Below are positions 47,355 through 60,579 of a stretch of DNA of 64,000 nt, in pieces. Numbering within the stretch: the first letter of the stretch is position 1; the number at the start of each line of letters is the position of its first letter. The position numbers and the translations under genes are program-made. The notes beneath the pieces are model-generated. The model searched no databases, had not been told where the DNA came from, and worked only from the letters and a program-made list of their open reading frames with translations. The stretch is from Macrostomum hystrix (lineage: Eukaryota; Animalia; Platyhelminthes): positions 28,458,001 to 28,522,000 of the forward strand of contig CATNEN010000038.1 in the NCBI GenBank assembly GCA_950097015.1. Reading direction: 5' to 3'.

Positions 47355-50300
47355 CTCTCTCCCGTGTCTCATCTCTCTCCCGTGTCTCATCTCTCCTGTG
47401 TCTCATCTCTCCCGTGTCTCATCTCTCCTGTGTCTCTCTCCCTTGTCTCATCTCTCCCGTGTCTCATCTCTCCTGTGTCTCATCTCTCCTGTGTCTCTCT
47501 CCCTTGTCTCATCTCTCCCGTGTCTCATCTCTCTCCTGTGTCTCATCTCTCCTGTGTCTCTCTCCCTTGTCTCATCTCTCCCGTGTCTCATCTCTCCCGT
47601 GTCTCATTTCTCCTCTGTCTCATCTCTCCCGTGTCTCATCTCTCCTGTGTCTCATTTCTCCCGTGTCCCATCTCTCCTGTGTCCCATCTCTCCTGTGTCT
47701 CATCTCTCCTGTGTCTCATCTCTCCTGTGTCTCATTTCTCCCGTGTCTCATTTCTCCCGTGTCTTATTTCTCCCGTGTCCCATCTCTCTCCTGTTTCTCA
47801 TCTCTCCCCTGTCTCACCTCTCCCGTGTCTCATCTCTCCCGTGTCTCATCTCTCCCCTGTCTCATCTCTCCCGTGTCTCATTTCTCCTCTGTCTCATCTC
47901 TCCCGTGTCTCATCTCTCCTGTGTCTCATCTCTCCTGTGTCTCTCTCCCTTGTCTCATCTCTCCCGTGTCTCATCTCTCTCCTGTGTCTCATCTCTCCCG
48001 TGTCTCATCTCTCCTGTGTCTCATCTCTCCTGTGTCTCTCTCCCTTGTCTCATCTCTCCCGTGTCTCATCTCTCCTGTGTCTCATCTCTCCTGTGTCTCT
48101 CTCCCTTGTCTCATCTCTCCCGTGTCTCATCTCTCTCCTGTGTCTCATCTCTCCTGTGTCTCTCTCCCTTGTCTCATCTCTCCCGTGTCTCATCTCTCCC
48201 GTGTCTCATTTCTCCTCTGTCTCATCTCTCCCGTGTCTCATCTCTCCTGTGTCTCATTTCTCCCGTGTCCCATCTCTCCTGTGTCCCATCTCTCCTGTGT
48301 CTCATCTCTCCTGTGTCTCATCTCTCCCGTGTCTCATCTCTCTCCTGTGTCTCATCTCTCCTGTGTCTCTCTCCCTTGTCTCATCTCTCCCGTGTCTCAT
48401 CTCTCCCGTGTCTCATTTCTCCTCTGTCTCATCTCTCCCGTGTCCCATCTCTCCTGTGTCTCATTTCTCCCGTGTCTCATTTCTCCCGTGTCTTATTTCT
48501 CCCGTGTCCCATCTCTCTCCTGTTTCTCATCTCTCCCCTGTCTCATCTCTCCCGTGTCTCATCTCTCCCCTGTCTCATCTCTCCCGTGTCTCATTTCTCC
48601 TCTGTCTCATCTCTCCCGTGTCTCATCTCTCCTGTGTCTCATCTCTCCTGTGTCTCTCTCCCTTGTCTCATCTCTCCCGTGTCTCATCTCTCTCCTGTGT
48701 CTCATCTCTCCCGTGTCTCATCTCTCCTGTGTCTCATCTCTCCTGTGTCTCTCTCCCTTGTCTCATCTCTCCCGTGTCTCATCTCTCCTGTGTCTCATCT
48801 CTCCTGTGTCTCTCTCCCTTGTCTCATCTCTCCCGTGTCTCATCTCTCTCCTGTGTCTCATCTCTCCTGTGTCTCTCTCCCTTGTCTCATCTCTCCCGTG
48901 TCTCATCTCTCCCGTGTCTCATTTCTCCTCTGTCTCATCTCTCCCGTGTCTCATCTCTCCTGTGTCTCATTTCTCCCGTGTCCCATCTCTCCTGTGTCCC
49001 ATCTCTCCTGTGTCTCATCTCTCCTGTGTCTCATCTCTCCTGTGTCTCATTTCTCCCGTGTCTCATTTCTCCCGTGTCTTATTTCTCCCGTGTCCCATCT
49101 CTCTCCTGTTTCTCATCTCTCCCCTGTCTCATCTCTCCCGTGTCTCATCTCTCCCCTGTCTCATCTCTCCCGTGTCTCATTTCTCCCGTGTCTCATTTCT
49201 CCCGTGTCTTATTTCTCCCGTGTCCCATCTCTCTCCTGTTTCTCATCTCTCCCCTGTCTCATCTCTCCCGTCTCTTATTTCTCCCGTGTCCCATCTCTCT
49301 CCCGTGTCTCATCTCTCCCCTGTCTCATCTCTCCCGTGTCTCATCTCTCCCCTGTCTCATCTCTCCCGTGTCTCATTTCTCCCGTGTCTCATTTCTCCCG
49401 TGTCCCATCTCTCTCTCCTGTTTCTCATCTCTCCCCTGTCTCATCTCTCCCGTGTCTCATTTCTCCTCTGTCTCATCTCTCCCGTGTCTCATCTCTCCTG
49501 TGTCTCATCTCTCCTGTGTCTCTCTCCCTTGTCTCATCTCTCCCGTGTCTCATCTCTCTCCTGTGTCTCATCTCTCCCGTGTCTCATCTCTCCTGTGTCT
49601 CATCTCTCCTGTGTCTCTCTCCCTTGTCTCATCTCTCCCGTGTCTCATCTCTCCTGTGTCTCTCTCCCTTGTCTCATCTCTCCCGTGTCTCATCTCTCTC
49701 CTGTGTCTCATCTCTCCTGTGTCTCTCTCCCTTGTCTCATCTCTCCCGTGTCTCATCTCTCCCGTGTCTCATTTCTCCTCTGTCTCATCTCTCCCGTGTC
49801 TCATCTCTCCCGTGTCCCATCTCTCCTGTGTCCCATCTCTCCTGTGTCTCATCTCTCCTGTGTCTCATCTCTCCCGTGTCTCATCCCTCTCCTGTGTCTC
49901 ATCTCTCCTGTGTCTCTCTCCCTTGTCTCATCTCTCCCGTGTCTCATCTCTCCCGTGTCCCATCTCTCCTGTGTCTTATTTCTCCCGTGTCCCATCTCTC
50001 TCCTGTTTCTCATCTCTCCCCTGTCTCATCTCTCCCGTGTCTCATCTCTCCCCTGTCTCATCTCTCCCGTGTCTCATTTCTCCTCTGTCTCATCTCTCCC
50101 GTGTCTCATCTCTCCTGTGTCTCATCTCTCCTGTGTCTCTCTCCCTTGTCTCATCTCTCCCGTGTCTCATCTCTCTCCTGTGTCTCATCTCTCCCGTGTC
50201 TCATCTCTCCTGTGTCTCATCTCTCCTGTGTCTCTCTCCCTTGTCTCATCTCTCCCGTGTCTCATCTCTCCTGTGTCTCATCTCTCCTGTGTCTCTCTCC

Positions 50301-52100
50301 CTTGTCTCATCTCTCCCGTGTCTCATCTCTCTCCTGTGTCTCATCTCTCCTGTGTCTCTCTCCCTTGTCTCATCTCTCCCGTGTCTCATCTCTCCCGTGT
50401 CTCATTTCTCCTCTGTCTCATCTCTCCCGTGTCTCATCTCTCCTGTGTCTCATTTCTCCCGTGTCCCATCTCTCCTGTGTCCCATCTCTCCTGTGTCTCA
50501 TCTCTCCTGTGTCTCATCTCTCCTGTGTCTTATTTCTCCCGTGTCCCATCTCTCTCCTGTTTCTCATCTCTCCCCTGTCTCATCTCTCCCGTGTCTCATC
50601 TCTCCCCTGTCTCATCTCTCCCGTGTCTCATTTCTCCCGTGTCTCATTTCTCCCGTGTCTTATTTCTCCCGTGTCCCATCTCTCTCCTGTTTCTCATCTC
50701 TCCCCTGTCTCATCTCTCCCGTGTCTCATCTCTCCCCTGTCTCATCTCTCCCGTGTCTCATTTCTCCCGTGTCTCATTTCTCCCGTGTCCCATCTCTCTC
50801 CTGTTTCTCATCTCTCCCCTGTCTCATCTCTCCCGTGTCTAATCTCTCCCCTGTCTCATCTCTCCCGTGTCTCATCTCTCCCCTGTCTCATCTCTCCCGT
50901 GTCTCATTTCTCCAGTGTCTCATCTCTCCTGTGTCTCTCTCCCGTGCCTCATCTCTCCTGTGTCTCATCTCTCCTGTGTCTCATCTCTCCTGTGTCTCAT
51001 CTCTCCTGTGTCTCATCTCTCCTCTGTCTCATCTCTCCCGTGTCTCATCTCTCCTCTGTCTCATCTCTCCTGTGTCTCGTCTCTATCCCGTGTCTCACCC
51101 GAAATGCGAATGATACTTTGGTTCGAGTCCACGCTTTCTTATCCGGGAGGGTTTGGAGGTGGGTGGGGAACCGGTTTTTTCTACCTGTGTCTCTCTCCCT
51201 TGTCTCATCTCTCCCGTGTCTCATCTCTCTCCTGTGTCTCATCTCTCCTGTGTCTCTCTCCCTTGTCTCATCTCTCCCGTGTCTCATCTCTCCCGTGTCT
51301 CATTTCTCCTCTGTCTCATCTCTCCCGTGTCTCATCTCTCCTGTGTCTCATTTCTCCCGTGTCCCATCTCTCCTGTGTCCCATCTCTCCTGTGTCTCATC
51401 TCTCCTGTGTCTCATCTCTCCTGTGTCTTATTTCTCCCGTGTCCCATCTCTCTCCTGTTTCTCATCTCTCCCCTGTCTCATCTCTCCCGTGTCTCATCTC
51501 TCCCCTGTCTCATCTCTCCCGTGTCTCATTTCTCCCGTGTCTCATTTCTCCCGTGTCTTATTTCTCCCGTGTCCCATCTCTCTCCTGTTTCTCATCTCTC
51601 CCCTGTGTCATCTCTCCCGTGTCTCATCTCTCCCCTGTCTCATCTCTCCCGTGTCTCATTTCTCCCGTGTCTCATTTCTCCCGTGTCCCATCTCTCTCCT
51701 GTTTCTCATCTCTCCCCTGTCTCATCTCTCCCGTGTCTAATCTCTCCCCTGTCTCATCTCTCCCGTGTCTCATCTCTCCCCTGTCTCATCTCTCCCGTGT
51801 CTCATTTCTCCAGTGTCTCATCTCTCCTGTGTCTCTCTCCCGTGCCTCATCTCTCCTGTGTCTCATCTCTCCTGTGTCTCATCTCTCCTGTGTCTCATCT
51901 CTCCTGTGTCTCATCTCTCCTGTGTCTCATCTCTCCTCTGTCTCATCTCTCCCGTGTCTCATCTCTCCTCTGTCTCATCTCTCCTGTGTCTCGTCTCTAT
52001 CCCGTGTCTCACCCGAAATGCGAATGATACTTTGGTTCGAGTCCACGCTTTCTTATCCGGGTGGGTTTGGAGGTGGGTGGGGAACCGGTTTTTTCTACCT
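47355..52100. repeat. 4.7-kb pyrimidine-rich 16-bp minisatellite in Hox3 intron 1
   Basis: (TGTCTCATCTCTCC[C/T]G)n; same unit as inside the hAT MITEs; terminal ~914-bp block duplicated. Confidence 0.95.
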
Positions 52101-52284
52101 TTTGTGATTCTGTCTCAGTTTTGTTACCACTGTTTTCGCTGGTTCCTGTAAATGTAAGTTAAAAATTGGCTGAAGGCAAGTGGAAATGTATTTTTTCAAT
52201 TTTGCTTTTTCCATATCAGGAATCTAAAATTCACCGCTTGTATAATATACATATTATTTGATTTATAGATGATCTCAGATAGGG

Positions 52285-52612
52285 CGAGAGAGACACGGGC
52301 GAGAGAGGAGACTCGGGAGAGATATAAGACACGGGAGAGATATAAGACACGGGAGAGATATAAGACACGGGAGAGATATAAGACACGGGAGAGATATAAG
52401 ACACGGGAGAGAGATGAGACACGGGAGAGAGATGAGACACGGGAGAGAGATGAGAAACGGGAGAGATGAGACGATGAGACACGGGAGAGAGATAATACAC
52501 AGGAGAGATAAGACACGGGAAAGATGAGACAAGGGAGAGAAAAGACACGGTGGAGATAAAACACGGGAGAGACGAGACACGGGAGAGATAAGAAACAGGA
52601 GAGATGAGAGAT
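52285..52612. repeat. Inverted short array of the same 16-18-bp minisatellite
   Basis: (GACACGGGAGAGATATAA)n, followed by degenerate GGCCCGCAGG/CCGGCCTGCGGGC MITE-like motifs. Confidence 0.8.
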
Positions 52613-53767
52613 GAAGATGTAGCGATGTGAAAATGGGAAGATCAGACTGCAGAGAGGTACTTAAAAAGGCCCGCAGGTATAGATGCGCGGACTTGGGTCT
52701 GTGTATCCGGCCTGCGGGCAAAAATGATAGAGAATTCTAAGAAATCTGGGTGCGGTCGCACCTTGGTTCGGTGTGTCATTTGTCAACTGCATGCTCATGA
52801 ATCCAGGCGCACACTGGGGTATCAATACGGCAAGCTCATCTGTCTCTAGATGAAATTACGATGAGATTGAGAAGGATGAGACTGGAATACAACACTGGAG
52901 TAGCTATAGCAAGAGAAAGTCTATTAATCTTCAAGGACGAATGATAAATTAGCCACACTGCATTGGATTACTTAAGCCTTTGTTTTTGCTTGGAAAAGAG
53001 TCTTAAATTCCTGGCCCGCAGAGCATTTTGAGTCGGAATTAGCATGAATGAAAAATGAGGCCCCATCAGGGCCCACATATACCAGCAACGGTAATTTGTT
53101 TGTTTGGGATTTCGCTTTGAGATTGATGGCGCCTTCAAAAATATTCCTCCCATGCGCAGCACGGCACCCAGTTGATTCCCAGTGGGATAATGTTAGAATT
53201 TTCGAAGAGGATTTGCTATACAGGAGAAGCAATTTCCTATAAAATCTGCAATAATTGCATACAGGCAAACACTGCGATCATGAGAAGGCCAAGGCCAATG
53301 TCTTTATAGGTGATGCACATGAATACGAAATTGGATGAAAACAGACTGACGCTAAGAAAATTGATTTAGTGCATTTTTATGCTATTATTCGGTTCATTAT
53401 GATGTTGCAGTTAATTGTTCACTCAGAATGTTAATTGTTTTCTGAGGAAAATTTGCGTGCACAACTAAGTTATTAATAATAATAATAGTTGATTAAACCT
53501 GTCCTAACAAGGCCAGATATGCAGGCTTTGCGTGGCTAGCTGTTCAGTCCATGGACTGGGCGCCAGACGCCACACCCACCCTCAATTACAGAGTGGGTGC
53601 AGAGAATGTAGAGTTAAGATGTCTTGCTGAATGATACGAATTGTTCCAGTAAAGTCGGGAATCGAACCCCTGACCTTTGACTATATTTGCCGCCATTATT
53701 TGAAAATATAGCTAACCTGTGCTTTCCGAGAAAGAATAAATGACAACTGCTCCATTCTGGTTCGGGT

Positions 53768-54116
53768 GGGGGGTGAGTGGCAGAGCGGATATATGCGTTT
53801 GCCTCTCGCGTCAGGGTCCCTGAGCTCGATTCCGCGGCGAGGCCACATTCATTTGAGAAGGCTGGGGGCTTGTCGTGCAATTTACGCCCTTAAGGGCCAA
53901 CCTCTTAGGCCCAGTGGCAGTGTGCACTGCCTGACGATGAGAAAGACAGGGAGGATGTACTCACCCGTTCGAGTGTGCCAGTGTACAGTATCTGTGTGCG
54001 TGTGTGCTCAGGAGTCAGCGAAATGGGCAGAATTGCCTCCTCGCTGGCTGCGGGTCTAGTGTCACCAAATGATGCGCCACTGCCCGCAGCCCTCCTGAAA
54101 TTATTATTATTATTAT
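53768..54116 (+). mobile_element. tRNA-derived SINE family A, full length
   Basis: GTGGCAGAGCGG, GAGCTCGATTCC, body, 3' hairpin, (TTA)5 tail. Confidence 0.82.
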
Positions 54117-54689
54117 AAACTATTGATTTCGGATTTAAGGGTAGTTGTTGGAACATCGGACTCATGACTTTAAGGTGGGGGTTCGATTCCTGACTTTTTT
54201 AAGCAAGACACTTAACTCTGGATTGCTTTAGTTTACTAATTGCTTTTTTCTTCTCCTAGATAAAAAAAGTCAAACTAAAAAGCTTTTCAGATGCAATTCA
54301 TTCTCGGCTAGATGTCATGAAAGTTTTTAGTCCAATAAATTGTACCGCATTGCAGGCAAGAAAAAAGTTGCATTATTATCAGGGCGACTCTTCTAGAAGC
54401 TTTGAAGAAAGTTTACTTCAGACTTTTAGACACGCAATCTGTTTTCTGGGCCAAAACTGCGTAGGACACATGTGTACTAATTTGCAGGACAAGCCGGGCA
54501 GCAAACAGTTTACGCCCCCAGCCGAATTGAAAGAGGCATTTCTGTGATTTAGTTTCCATGGTTTAGATTTATGACAGAAATAGGCGGAAATTTATAATTT
54601 ATAATTCAGATTGAAAATATTTTTTTATATTAATACCCTCGAAGGTGGGATAGACAAAGAGGCAGAGGGAGAGGCAGAGGGATAGGGTG

Positions 54690-56022
54690 AAGAGAGGGAG
54701 AGGAGAGGGAGAAGAGGGAGAAGAGGGAGAAGAGGGAGAGGAGAGAGGGAGAAGAAGGAGAAGAGGGAGAGGAGAGAGAGGAAAGAGAGGAGGGAGAAGA
54801 GGGAGAAGAGGGAGAGGAGAGAGGGAGAAGAAGGAGAAGAGGGAGAGGAGAGAGAGGAAAGAGAGGAGGGAGAAGAGGGAGAAGAGGGAGAAGAGGGAGA
54901 AGAGGGAGAAGAGGGGGAGGAGAGAGAGGAAAGAGAGGAGAGGGAGAAGAGGGAGAAGAGGGGGAGGGAGAAGAGGGAGAAGAGGGAGAGGGAGAAGAGG
55001 GAGAAGAGGGAGAAGAGGGAGAGGGAGAAGAGGGAGAAGAGGGAGAGGGAGAAGAGGGAGAAGAGGGAGGAGAGGGAGAAGAGGGAGAAGAGGGAGAGGA
55101 GAGAGAGGAAAGAGAGGAGAGGGAGAAGAGGGAGAAGAGGGGGAGGGAGAAGAGGGAGAAGAGGGAGAGGGAGAAGAGGGAGAAGAGGGAGAAGAGGGAG
55201 AGGGAGAAGAGGGAGAAGAGGGAGAGGGAGAAGAGGGAGAAGAGGGAGAGGGAGAAGAGGGAGAAGAGGGAGAGGGAGAAGAGGGAGAAGAGGGAGAGGG
55301 AGAAGAGGGAGAAGAGGGAGAGGGAGAAGAGGGAGAAGAGGGAGAAGAGGGAGAGGGAGAAGAGGGAGAAGAGGGAGAGGGAGAAGAGGGAGAAGAGGGA
55401 GAAGAGGGAGAGGGAGAAGAGGGAGAAGAGGAAGAGGGAGAAGAGGGAGAAGAGGGAGAAGAGGGAGAGGGAGAAGAGGGAGAAGAGGGAGAGGGAGAAG
55501 AGGGAGAAGAGGGAGAGGGAGAAGAGGGAGAAGAGGGAGAGGAGAGAGAGGAAAGAGAGGAGGGAGAAGAGGGAGAAGAGGGAGAGGAGAGAGGGAGAAG
55601 AAGGAGAAGAGGGAGAGGAGAGAGAGGAAAGAGAGGAGGGAGAAGAGGGAGAAGAGGGAGAAGAGGGAGAAGAGGGAGAAGAGGGGGAGGAGAGAGAGGA
55701 AAGAGAGGAGAGGGAGAAGAGGGAGAAGAGGGGGAGGGAGAAGAGGGAGAAGAGGGAGAGGGAGAAGAGGGAGAAGAGGGAGAAGAGGGAGAGGGAGAAG
55801 AGGGAGAAGAGGGAGAGGGAGAAGAGGGAGAAGAGGGAGAGGGAGAAGAGGGAGAAGAGGGAGAGGGAGAAGAGGGAGAAGAGGGAGAGGGAGAAGAGGG
55901 AGAAGAGGGAGAAGAGGGAGAAGAGGGAGAGGGAGAAGAGGGAGAAGAGGGAGAGGGAGAAGAGGGAGAAGAGGGAGAAGGGAGAAGAGGGAGAGGAGAG
56001 AGAGGAAAGAGAGGAGAGAGGG
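54690..56022. repeat. ~1.3-kb homopurine tract (GAGGGAGAA-based)
   Basis: Only A/G seen between 54689 and 56022. Confidence 0.95.
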
Positions 56023-56707
56023 TAAAGAGGGAGAGTAGCGAGAGAGAGGAGGGAGAGTACGCGAATATAGAATAGGAGCCACAGAAGAAGAAGACACAGT
56101 ATCCAACTTAGCAGTATGTCAAGTGTGCATTTCGTAGTCAATAGGTAAAATGGCATCTAGCCCAGTGGTTGATCTAAAGGCTTTAGGAAGATGAATTAGA
56201 CATGCCTGGGTGAGGAACATTCTGAACTGCCTGGCACACGCTCATCGACCATTAGCCTTTGACAAGTTTGCATGCAACTGTGTGAATTCATTTCGCTTCT
56301 TTCTGAAGGCAATGGAACAATCTTCTGATTGTCTCCCCCCCTAGCTGGTGTCGCTAAGCATTTTGAAAACCGATTATTCATTTCAACTTCGAGTTCTAAC
56401 GGTAAAATATGAAAAATGTGCCCACACAGAAAGTCGATTATCTTCTTTAAAAGCTGTAGAGGGGAACAGGAACTGATTTCTACCAAATCGCCATGAAACC
56501 CAGAATACGGCCTATTAGTTTCCGCTCAGCCCTATATTAAATAACTTACAGAGTCACAAAACATCGACATCGTCGAGATATTCAAGGATTCTCGTCTGAG
56601 TTTCTGGGGGCAAGAACCACAAATATATGGATTTGTCAAAAGCAACTTATTATTAGTTTTAAAAGTGCAAAAACAGCAAACAAGGCATTTTTGAACCGAC
56701 CCTCCAG

Positions 56708-56957
56708 ATGACGCTGCGGCTTCGAAGCGGGTGCGAACCGCCTACACCAACGCGCAGCTGGTTGAGCTGGAGAAGGAGTTCCACTTCAATCGCTACCTGT
56801 GCCGGCCTAGGCGTATTGAGTTGGCCAGCTCGTTGAACCTGACCGAGCGCCAGATTAAAATCTGGTTCCAGAATCGACGAATGAAGTTCAAGAAGGACCA
56901 GAAGGTGCGCGACAACGAGCAGCAGGCTAGGCGACTGGGAGCCGATTTCATCAAGGA
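56708..56957 (+). CDS. Hox3: Hox3 exon 2 (homeodomain)
   Basis: CAG acceptor 56705-56707; [61 protein letters not shown] has PG3 signature residues ([34 protein letters not shown]); donor GTGAGT at 56958. Confidence 0.93.
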
Positions 56958-56989
56958 GTGAGTTTCGATGCATAACTGCTTTTGAATCT

Positions 56990-57580
56990 AACAGGAATTC
57001 TGTCTGTGTCTAACAGGCTAAGAATGGTCTAACAGGTTTATTCTGTGTCTAACAGGTTCAGTCCGTGTCTAACAGGTTGAATGTGTCTAACAGGTTTATT
57101 ATGTGTCTAACAGGTTCTGTCTGTGTTTAACAGGTTGCATGTGTCTCAAGGGTTGAATATGTCTTACAGGTCTAGTCTGTGTCTAACTTGTTCAGTTTGT
57201 GTCTAACACGTTAAATGTATCTAACAGGTTCTGACTGTGTCGAAAAGGTTGAATGTTTCGGACTGGTTAAATTTGTCTAACAGGCTGAGTGTGTCTAACA
57301 GGTTAAATGTGTCTAACACGTTAAATGTGTCTAACACGCTAAATGTGTCTAACAGGTTCTGACTGTGTCTGTGTCTAACAGGTTGAATGTTTCGAAATGG
57401 TTGAATGCGTCTAACAGGTTGAATGTGTCTAACAGGTTGAATGCGTCTAACAGGTTGAATGTGTCTAACAGGTGGAATGCGTCTAACAGGTGGAATGCGT
57501 CTAACAGGTTGAATATGTCTAACAGGTTGAATGTGTCTAACAGGTTGAATGTGTCTAACAGGTTCTTTCTGTGTCTAACT
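56990..57580. repeat. 18-bp minisatellite filling Hox3 intron 2
   Basis: (TGTGTCTAACAGGTTGAA)n, degenerate 5', homogeneous 3'. Confidence 0.9.
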
Positions 57581-57604
57581 TAAAAAATACCGCTTTGCAT
57601 TCAG

Positions 57605-57752
57605 AGAGAAGTACAGCATGCACATGAGTGGGATTCCGATTGCAACGGATCAGCTGTTGCACCAGCAGCAAGTTCAGCAGCAGCAGCAGCACCTTGCTCA
57701 TGCGATACAGCAGCAGCTACATTCGCAACATAACGAGATAATGAACGCCTGC

Positions 57753-57786
<34 letters not shown>

Positions 57787-57932
57787 CAACTCTACCGATC
57801 GGGTTTCACGGCGATGGTTCTTCGATGTTTTTCGATGAGGCTCAGCAGCAGCAGCAGCAGCAGCAGCAGTACACCCAGCAGACAAATGCTATTCCAGTGC
57901 AGCAGCAAGCCTGTAGCAGGTCATTTGTTTAA
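57605..57932 (+). CDS. Hox3: Hox3 exon 3 (Q-rich C-terminus)
   Basis: CAG acceptor 57602-57604 joins phase 2 in frame to the 57618-57932 ORF; AATAAA at 58051 and 58086. Confidence 0.75.
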
Positions 57933-58411
57933 TGACAAAAAGCATATTAAGACCATTTGACTAACTCTAGCCACATTTTCACTTCAGAAGTTATCGATAA
58001 GCAAAGTATTCTCCTCATAGTAGGTAGCCGGAATTGTGAACCACCTCATTAATAAATGTACTACTGATGCACGCAGCACATTGTAATAAATTTTATTGCT
58101 ATGCTTCACTGTATAATGGAAAAGCAGGAACTGCTTGCATTTCTAAATGAAATTACTAGTAGTATACGAAGGACACTTGTCAGTAGTCATAGTGCGACTA
58201 CCTAACTCAAAAAACTGTTTGGCCTATCTTTTAAAAGTTGCTTATTCTTTCCACATATATGCAAAAATGCTTACTTGCCCTAAATATTGCTGTAATGCAA
58301 TAAATACATCAATGTGTACTGTGACTCGCTGTTTGCTATTCATTAATTATTCATGTATGCTGCATATATAATGACTCTATGTTTGTGTTACATTGGCTCA
58401 GAGGCACAAAC

Positions 58412-60215
58412 CTAGGATACCGAAATCTTACTCCTACACTGATAATAGGATACCGAAGTCTCACTCCTACACTGATGATAGGATACCGAAGTCTCACTCC
58501 TACACTGATGATAGGATACCGAAATGTCACTCCTACACTGATGATAGGATACCCAAGTCTCACTCCTACACTGATGATAGGATACCGAAATGTCACTCCT
58601 ACACTGATGATAGGATACCGAAATGTCACTCCTACACTGATGATAGGATACCGAAATGTCACTCCTACACTGATGATAGGATACCGAAATGTCACTCCTA
58701 CACTGATGATAGGATACCGAAATGTCACTCCTACACTGATGATAGGATACCGAAGTCTCACTCCTACACTGATGATAGGATACCGAAGTCTCACTCCTAC
58801 ACTGATGATAGGATACCGAAATCTCACTCCTACACTGATGATAGGATACCGAAGTCTCACTCCTACACTGATGATAGGATACCGAAATCTCACTCCTACA
58901 CTGATGATAGGATACCGAAATCTTACTCCTACACTGATAATAGGATACCGAAGTCTCACTCCTACACTGATGATAGGATACCGAAATGTCACTCCTACAC
59001 TGATGATAGGATACCCAAGTCTCACTCCTACACTGATGATAGGATACCGAAATCTCACTCCTACACTGATGATAGGATACCGAAGTCTCACTCCTACACT
59101 GATGTCCTACACTGATGATAGGATACCGAAATCTCACTCCTACACTGATGATAGGATACCGAAGTCTCACTCCTACACTGATGATAGGATACCGAAGTCT
59201 CACTCCTACACTGATGATAGGATACCGAAATGTCACTCCTACACTGATGATAGGATACCGAAATCTCACTCCTACACTGATGATAGGATACCGAAATGTC
59301 ACTCCTACACTGATGATAGGATACCGAAATCTCACTCCTACACTGATGATAGGATACCGAAGTCTCACTCCTACACTGATGATAGGATACCGAAGTCTCA
59401 CTCCTACACTGATGATAGGATACCGAAATCTCACTCCTACACTGATGATAGGATACCGAAGTCTCACTCCTACACTGATGATAGGATACCGAAGTCTCAC
59501 TCCTACACTGATGATAGGATACCGAAGTCTCACTCCTACACTGATGATAGGATACCGAAGTCTCACTCCTACACTGATGTCCTACACTGATGATAGGATA
59601 CCGAAATCTTACTCCTACACTGATGATAGGATACCGAAATCTCACTCCTACACTGATGATAGGATACCGAAATGTCACTCCTACACTGATGATAGGATAC
59701 CGAAATCTCACTCCTACACTGATGATAGGATACCGAAGTCTCACTCCTACACTGATGATAGGATACCGAAATCTCACTCCTACACTGATGATAGGATACC
59801 GAAGTCTCACTCCTACACTGATGATAGGATACCGAAATCTCACTCCTACACTGATGATAGGATACCGAAGTCTGACTCCTACACTGATGATAGGATACCG
59901 AAGTCTCACTCCTACACTGATGATAGGATACCGAAGTCTCACTCCTACACTGATGATAGCATACCGAAGTCTCACTCCTACACTGATGATAGGATACCGA
60001 AATCTCACTCCTACACTGATGATAGGATACCGAAATGTCACTCCTACACTGATGATAGGATACCGAAATCTCACTCCTACACTGATGATAGGATACCGAA
60101 ATCTCACTCCTACACTGATGATAGCATACCGAAGTCTCACTCCTACACTGATGATAGGATACCGAAATCTCACTCCTACACTGATGATAGGATACTGAAG
60201 TCTCACTCCTACACT
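58412..60215. repeat. 33-bp minisatellite, ~54 copies
   Basis: (CTCACTCCTACACTGATGATAGGATACCGAA[G/A]T)n. Confidence 0.96.
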
Positions 60216-60579
60216 AAAAAGAAGTTAAGACGATAAATATGAAGCAAATGTCGCATTAATCAATACGATTACATAGGGCAAAACAAGCAATAAACATTAT
60301 ATTTATAGAATGTATATTCAGTTAAAACCTAAAAAATGTCAACATTTTGACAAGAAAACAAAAACCAACAAAGCCTAACAGAGACAAACGCAATTGAAAA
60401 CAGACAGATTGCGCCAAAACAATAATTGACACAGACGAAACAAATCTCGAACAAAAGAAGAATCGACAGTTAGGTACGTTACAGGACAAGACCAAATCGC
60501 GTGTTCGCAAATCTGTGTAAAGTCGACTGGACACGCGAATGACTGACGGGACAGAAACCCTTGCCAATGTGAATTAGGA

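Noticed and set aside
47350-52151. ORFs of 1585, 1249 and 1142 aa
   Set aside because: Stop-free translations of a 16-bp pyrimidine minisatellite, open in all three frames, inside the Hox3 intron
53768-53845. tRNA gene
   Set aside because: A/B-box-like head without a clean cloverleaf, attached to a repeated body and TTA tail, so a SINE head; same for ~31960-32033 and ~36285-36358
53930-53945. CTGACGATGAGAAA as a hammerhead core in SINE A
   Set aside because: Only 3 nt between CUGANGA and GAAA, so no stem II; not conserved in the 13901 copy
54625-56156. Glu/Gly-rich or Leu/Pro-rich ORFs of 460-510 aa
   Set aside because: A purine-only tract cannot contain stops; intronic
58412-60215. CTGATGA..GAAA in the 33-bp repeat resembling a tandem hammerhead ribozyme; also CRISPR-like periodicity and long ORFs
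   Set aside because: Stem II closing pair would be T-C, stems I and III cannot be formed, and many units read GAAG; no unique spacers or cas genes; ORFs follow from the 33-bp period
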